From NCBI GenBank assembly GCA_965250285.1, contig OZ252299.1, positions 4,576,001-4,640,000 of the forward strand: a stretch of 64,000 bases of DNA, read 5' to 3'. The notes beneath the pieces were generated by a model, which saw only the letters and a program-made list of their open reading frames with translations, was not told the origin of the DNA and did not search any database. Within the stretch, counting starts at the first letter, position 1; each line of letters starts with the position of its first letter. The stretch comes from Myxococcota bacterium (lineage in GTDB: Bacteria; Myxococcota_A; UBA9160; UBA4427). This document shows positions 59,630 through 64,000 of the stretch, in pieces. The position numbers were made by a program, and so were the translations under genes.

Positions 59630-60817
59630 ATGGAAGACGGCCCCCGCGAGCGTGGCGCCGCGACTCGATCCGTTCATGCGGGCGAGCTGCGGCAGCAGGA
59701 AGCCAACGCGATCACCACACCGATCTACCAGACGTCGACGTTCTGGTTCGAGACGAGTCAGGAGGTGATCGACTACCAGGAAGGCAAGACGAAGCGCGAA
59801 GAGTACGGGCGCTACGGCAACCCGACCTGGCGGGCCGTCGAGCGCAAGCTCTCCGAGCTCGAAGGCGGTGAAGAGAGCGTGCTCTTCGCCTCGGGCATGT
59901 GTGCGGCGACAACGACGTTCCTCGCCCTGCTGCCGCCGGACAGCCACCTGATCGTGACGAGCGACTGCTACCGACGCACGCGCCAGTTCATCAACGAGTA
60001 TCTCGTTCGGATGGGCGTCGAGTGCACCGTCATCGAGCCGTGCAACCTCGAAGCGTTCGAGGCCGCGATCCGACCCGAAACGCGGCTGTTCTTCACCGAG
60101 TCGCCGACCAACCCGTACCTGCGTGTCATCGAGATCGAGCGGTGCGCCGAGATCGCGCACGCGAAGGGCGTGAAGGTCATCATCGACTCGACGTTCGCGA
60201 CGCCGTCGAATCAGCGGGCGCTCGACTTCGGCGCAGATCTCGTCGTGCACAGCGCGACGAAGTACCTCGGCGGCCACAACGACCTGCTCGCCGGCACGGT
60301 CACGGGCGACGCCGAGACGGTCGAACCGATCCGCAAGGCGCTCGGCGTGCTCGGCGGCATCATCGACAGCCACTGCGCGTGGCTGCTGTTGCGCGGCATC
60401 AAGACGCTCGACGTGCGCATGGATCGCCACAACGCAAACGGCCTCGCCATGGCGCGGTTCCTCGAATCGCACCCGAAGGTGCGGCAGGTCTGGTACCCGG
60501 GGCTCGAGAGCCATCCCGACCATGCCGTCGCGAAGCGTGAGATGAAGGCCTTCGGCGGCGTCGTCACGTTCGAGATCGACACCGACCTCGACGGCGCGAT
60601 CCGCTTCATCGACGCCACGCGGGTGCCCTACCAGGCGCCGTCACTCGGCGGCGTCGAGACGCTGATCGAGCTGCCCGTGACGATGTCGTACTGGGACTAC
60701 GACCCGAAGGACCGAGCCGAGTGGGGCATCACCGATTCGCTGTGCCGACTCGCCTGCGGCATCGAGAACAGCGAAGACCTGATCGCGGACATGGAGCAGG
60801 CGCTCGAGAAGGTGTGA
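59630..60817 (+). CDS. metB: Cystathionine gamma-synthase (PLP trans-sulfuration family, plant-type)
   Basis: EYGRYGNPT, ASGMCA, TESPTNP, HSATKYLGGHND, APSLGG...MSYWD. Confidence 0.85.
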   Translation: MEDGPRERGAATRSVHAGELRQQEANAITTPIYQTSTFWFETSQEVIDYQEGKTKREEYGRYGNPTWRAVERKLSELEGGEESVLFASGMCAATTTFLALLPPDSHLIVTSDCYRRTRQFINEYLVRMGVECTVIEPCNLEAFEAAIRPETRLFFTESPTNPYLRVIEIERCAEIAHAKGVKVIIDSTFATPSNQRALDFGADLVVHSATKYLGGHNDLLAGTVTGDAETVEPIRKALGVLGGIIDSHCAWLLLRGIKTLDVRMDRHNANGLAMARFLESHPKVRQVWYPGLESHPDHAVAKREMKAFGGVVTFEIDTDLDGAIRFIDATRVPYQAPSLGGVETLIELPVTMSYWDYDPKDRAEWGITDSLCRLACGIENSEDLIADMEQALEKV

Positions 60818-60958
60818 CCGACTTCGGTTGGGTCTCGACGAACACGCCGCGCCCGGCGGCGGCGCGCGGCCCCGCATCGCGACCTCGTCCGGTTTGCGTC
60901 GCGACGCGTCGTGAGCGGTCGGCGCCGATCGGTCGGCGCCGACCTATCGACGACCCGC

Positions 60959-61780
60959 ATGCGCTTCGCGCCCCCTCCTCGAATCGTTCGCGCTCTTCGC
61001 GCGCGACGTCGAGGTCAGGGAGCTCGAGATGCAGAGAGATCGATCGCGGTGCTCTTGCTGTGGGTGGCCATCGTCGGTGCGCCGCCCGTGCGCGCCGACG
61101 AACACATGGAAGCGTCAGGGCCCGAGCCCGCGGCTTCCAGCGAGCCGTCCTCCGCGACGACACCGAGCGCCGGCGATGCGATCCCCGAGAACGGCACGTC
61201 GACCGGCAGCCCGGATACGTCGGCAACCGAGGAGATTCCGCCCTCACCGACGAAAGCCGCCCCTGCACATCACGGCGTCTACGTGCAGCTCGGCGGCCTG
61301 ACGGGGTTCGACATCGAGGTCGGCGACACCCTCAGCGGTGTCGTCCCCGGCCTGGGGAACGTCGACGTGAAGCCAGGCACCGGCCTGAGCCTGCGAGTCG
61401 GTGGCCGATCGGAGTATTGGGGCATTGAAGCGCTCCTCGATGCGATCCCGAATTTTCGCATTCAGAGCGGGGGCGTCACGCGCGCCAAGTACGGTCAGGT
61501 CATTGCGGGCGGCAATCTGCGCCTCTTTCTTCCGGTTTCTCAGCGCATCCAACCGAGCGTGATCGCCGGCGGAGGCTACGGGTTCTTCGTCCTCAAGGGC
61601 GCAGACGGCACCCGCGTGGAGTCGTTCGGCGGGGGGACGGTTCGCGCCGGGGGTGGCGTCGACTTCTATTTCACCGAACGGGTCGCGCTCGCCCTCGACT
61701 CGACGTACGTCTGGACGCTGGGCGACATCGAGGGCAGCGACTACGTCACGTTCGGTTGGGGCCTCCGATACCACTTCTGA
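60959..61780 (+). CDS. Small outer-membrane beta-barrel (OMP_b-brl-like)
   Basis: Signal peptide, low-complexity linker, amphipathic strands, terminal YHF; start uncertain. Confidence 0.75.
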   Translation: MRFAPPPRIVRALRARRRGQGARDAERSIAVLLLWVAIVGAPPVRADEHMEASGPEPAASSEPSSATTPSAGDAIPENGTSTGSPDTSATEEIPPSPTKAAPAHHGVYVQLGGLTGFDIEVGDTLSGVVPGLGNVDVKPGTGLSLRVGGRSEYWGIEALLDAIPNFRIQSGGVTRAKYGQVIAGGNLRLFLPVSQRIQPSVIAGGGYGFFVLKGADGTRVESFGGGTVRAGGGVDFYFTERVALALDSTYVWTLGDIEGSDYVTFGWGLRYHF

Positions 61781-61999
61781 TCCCGTAAAGCGCGGTCCTC
61801 ACTGATCGCCCCGGGGGCCGTCTGATCTCGTACGGCCCCGCCTCACCGAACCTCGCGTTTGTCCAGATTCGTCGCTCGCAACGGGCGCTGGACGTCGGGC
61901 GACCTGCCTGCTTGACCGCGTCGACCGATCCCAATTACGGTCTCGAGGTGTCGGTCGGATGAGCGCAGCGCGCGCGCCGACCGATCAGAGGCTGGTGTC

Positions 62000-62701
62000 T
62001 TGCTGAGACCCATCGACCAAATCACGGGTGTTCTGCTCATGGCCATCGCGTTCGCGATGCCCGCGGGCGCCGGCGAGCCGACGAACTCCGTGCCGGCGCC
62101 GACACCCGCCGCCGCGGCTCGATCGACCGAGTCGGCGAGCCAAGCCGCTTCGTCCGGCGAGACGTCCGAGCAGGCACCGCGCTTCGGGATTCGTCCCTAC
62201 CTGCAGATCGGCGGCCTGACAGGCTTCGATCTCGATCTCGAAGAGCAGCTCAACGAAGACCTCTCGCCGAGCGCGGCGGGCTTCGAGGTCGACCCGGGCA
62301 CCGGCGTGACGCTTCGCCTGGGCGCCGCGAAGAGCATGTTCCGGGTCGAGGCCGTGCTCGACGCCATCCCGAGCTTTCGCTGGCGCTACCGGGGCGCCGA
62401 GGTCGGCAAGATCAGCCGGGTCGACATCGGCGGCAATCTGCGGCTCGACCTCCCGGTCAGCGAGCGCATCCGGCCGAACGTCATCGTCGGCGGCGGCTAC
62501 GGGATCTTGAAGTTCCGGCCCGAAGGGGGTCAGAACGTGCGATCGCTTCGAGGCGGCATCTGGCGCGGCGGCGGCGGGATCGACTTCTACTTCAGAGAGA
62601 ACGCCGCGCTCGCCCTCGAGTCGACGTTCGTCGTGACGACCGGCGAGATCCGCAACACCGACTACGTGACGCTCGGCTGGAGCTTGCTGGTCTTCTTCTG
62701 A
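62000..62701 (+). CDS. Small outer-membrane beta-barrel, paralog of the upstream gene
   Basis: Same motif series as 60959-61780; terminal Phe. Confidence 0.75.
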   Translation: MLRPIDQITGVLLMAIAFAMPAGAGEPTNSVPAPTPAAAARSTESASQAASSGETSEQAPRFGIRPYLQIGGLTGFDLDLEEQLNEDLSPSAAGFEVDPGTGVTLRLGAAKSMFRVEAVLDAIPSFRWRYRGAEVGKISRVDIGGNLRLDLPVSERIRPNVIVGGGYGILKFRPEGGQNVRSLRGGIWRGGGGIDFYFRENAALALESTFVVTTGEIRNTDYVTLGWSLLVFF

Positions 62702-62731
62702 GCTCGGGCTGAGCCCGGGCGTGGGCCCGTG

Positions 62732-63262
62732 CTAGAGCAGCATCCCCTGGCTTTCGACGACAGCGGGGCGCTCCATCGCGAGCAGGCGCTGCTTGAGCTC
62801 GAGCCCGCCGGCGTAGCCCTGCAGCTGGCCGCTCGAGGCCACGACGCGATGACACGGGATGACCAGCGGGATCGGGTTCGCACCGTTCGCAGCCCCGACC
62901 GCCCGCACCGCGCTCGGCTGACCGATGGCGCGGGCGACGTCGGCGTACGACACCGTCTTGCCGTACGCCACGGCCCCGACGGCGTTGAGCACCTTCTTCT
63001 GGAAGTCGGTGCCGCGCAGGTCGAGGGGATGATCGAAGCTGCGGCGCTGGCCGTTCAAGAATTCATCGAGCTGCGCGCAGGCCTCTCGATTCGGCTCATA
63101 AGCGCTCTCGACGACGTCTTCGGGGGCGTGCCGTGCATGCCAGCCCTCGAAGCCGCGTCCGTTTGCGCGCGGCAGGCCAACATAGACGAGACCCCGCTCG
63201 CTCGAGACGACCCGCAACCGACCGATCGGCGTGTCGATCTTCGTGTCGTAGAGAATGCCCAT
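62732..63262 (-). CDS. ogt: Methylated-DNA-protein-cysteine methyltransferase
   Basis: GTDFQ, RAVGAA, IPCHRV active site. Confidence 0.95.
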   Translation of the reverse strand: MGILYDTKIDTPIGRLRVVSSERGLVYVGLPRANGRGFEGWHARHAPEDVVESAYEPNREACAQLDEFLNGQRRSFDHPLDLRGTDFQKKVLNAVGAVAYGKTVSYADVARAIGQPSAVRAVGAANGANPIPLVIPCHRVVASSGQLQGYAGGLELKQRLLAMERPAVVESQGMLL

Positions 63263-63465
63263 GCTTGCGACCCCCTGAGTGCGTTGCAGTGAACGCCCCC
63301 GATGATGCCCGCCTGCCTCCCCCCTGGCTGGCCGCATGCGGACACGGTGTTGCGGAACGTTCGGTCCCCCAGTCTACCCCGATGCGGGCAGCGCGTCGTC
63401 GCCGATCTCGATTCGGCCGCGCGGCGGACCTCGGCGCTCCCGCTCGGTCCGCGCGCTCGGCTTCG

Positions 63466-63999
63466 CTACGGCGCCAGCTCGTCGTCCTCGATGTCGAGTC
63501 GCTTCAACATCTTCTGGAGCGACTGACGCGGGATCCCGAGCCGCTCGGCACCGCGCGTCTTGCTCCCGGTCTCGCGAATCGCCTGCACGAGCATGTGGCG
63601 CTTGAGCGCGTCGACCGCGCGGTTGAGATCCCATTCGACGATGGGCGCGTCGATCTCGCTCGAGGGGACGGCGCGCGGCGCCGCGCCCCGGATGTGCTCG
63701 GAGAGCATGTCGACGCCGACCGCCGTCTCGGCGCCGGCGAGCGCGCCGATTCGCTCGATCTCGTTCTCGAGCTCGCGCACGTTGCCCTTCCACTCGTACG
63801 CGGCGAGCCGATCCATGGCGGCCATCGTAAAGCCCTCGAGGCTGCGTCCCATGCGCTCGTTCACCCGCTCGAGAAAGTGCTCGGCCAGCGCGGGGATGTC
63901 CTCGCGACGTTGGCGCAGCGCCGGCAGCTCGATCTCGACGACCCGCAGGCGGTAGTAGAGGTCCTCGCGAAAATGGGCCTGCTCGACCTCGGAGGCGAG
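63466..63999 (-). CDS. sigma-54-dependent transcriptional activator, C-terminal part (runs off the window)
   Basis: FREDLYYRL, WKGNVRELEN, C-terminal Fis-type HTH. Confidence 0.92.
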   Translation of the reverse strand, partial: LASEVEQAHFREDLYYRLRVVEIELPALRQRREDIPALAEHFLERVNERMGRSLEGFTMAAMDRLAAYEWKGNVRELENEIERIGALAGAETAVGVDMLSEHIRGAAPRAVPSSEIDAPIVEWDLNRAVDALKRHMLVQAIRETGSKTRGAERLGIPRQSLQKMLKRLDIEDDELAP

Positions 64000-64000
64000 A

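Noticed and set aside
1..64000. CRISPR arrays, IS elements, prophage or integrase genes, rRNA
   Set aside because: No regularly spaced repeats, transposase/integrase motifs or rRNA-like sequence were seen on reading.

Overview
A very GC-rich (roughly 70% by eye) bacterial chromosomal segment; gene content suggests Myxococcota/Deltaproteobacteria (inference only). About 60 densely packed, mostly housekeeping or accessory-metabolic CDSs: a CpxP/R/A-like module, an RND pump, a photolyase cluster, serS-selB, gpsA, feoAB, msrB, aat, LOG, cystathionine gamma-synthase, ogt and a sigma-54 activator fragment. I saw no mobile element, CRISPR array, rRNA or tRNA. Main discovery: an intact, tightly coupled 7.4 kb operon (35670-43094, minus strand) encoding only the membrane arm of respiratory complex I (NuoA-H-J-K-L-M-N), without B/C/D/E/F/G/I. 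Most of the normally invariant proton-pumping and quinone-site residues are replaced (e.g. both NuoK glutamates are Gln; NuoH lacks TMH1 and its amphipathic helix). This looks like a repurposed or 'pseudo' complex-I membrane module. Other notable items: a SAM-II-like riboswitch with an ~87-nt structured insertion ahead of a plant-type cystathionine gamma-synthase, a flippase-like/Thr-type sulfatase fusion, a perfect CpxR box, a delta-proteobacterial Fur box on the feoA start, and an unannotated small membrane protein in the photolyase operon. All motif comparisons were made by eye from recalled family consensus sequences and need confirmation by search.
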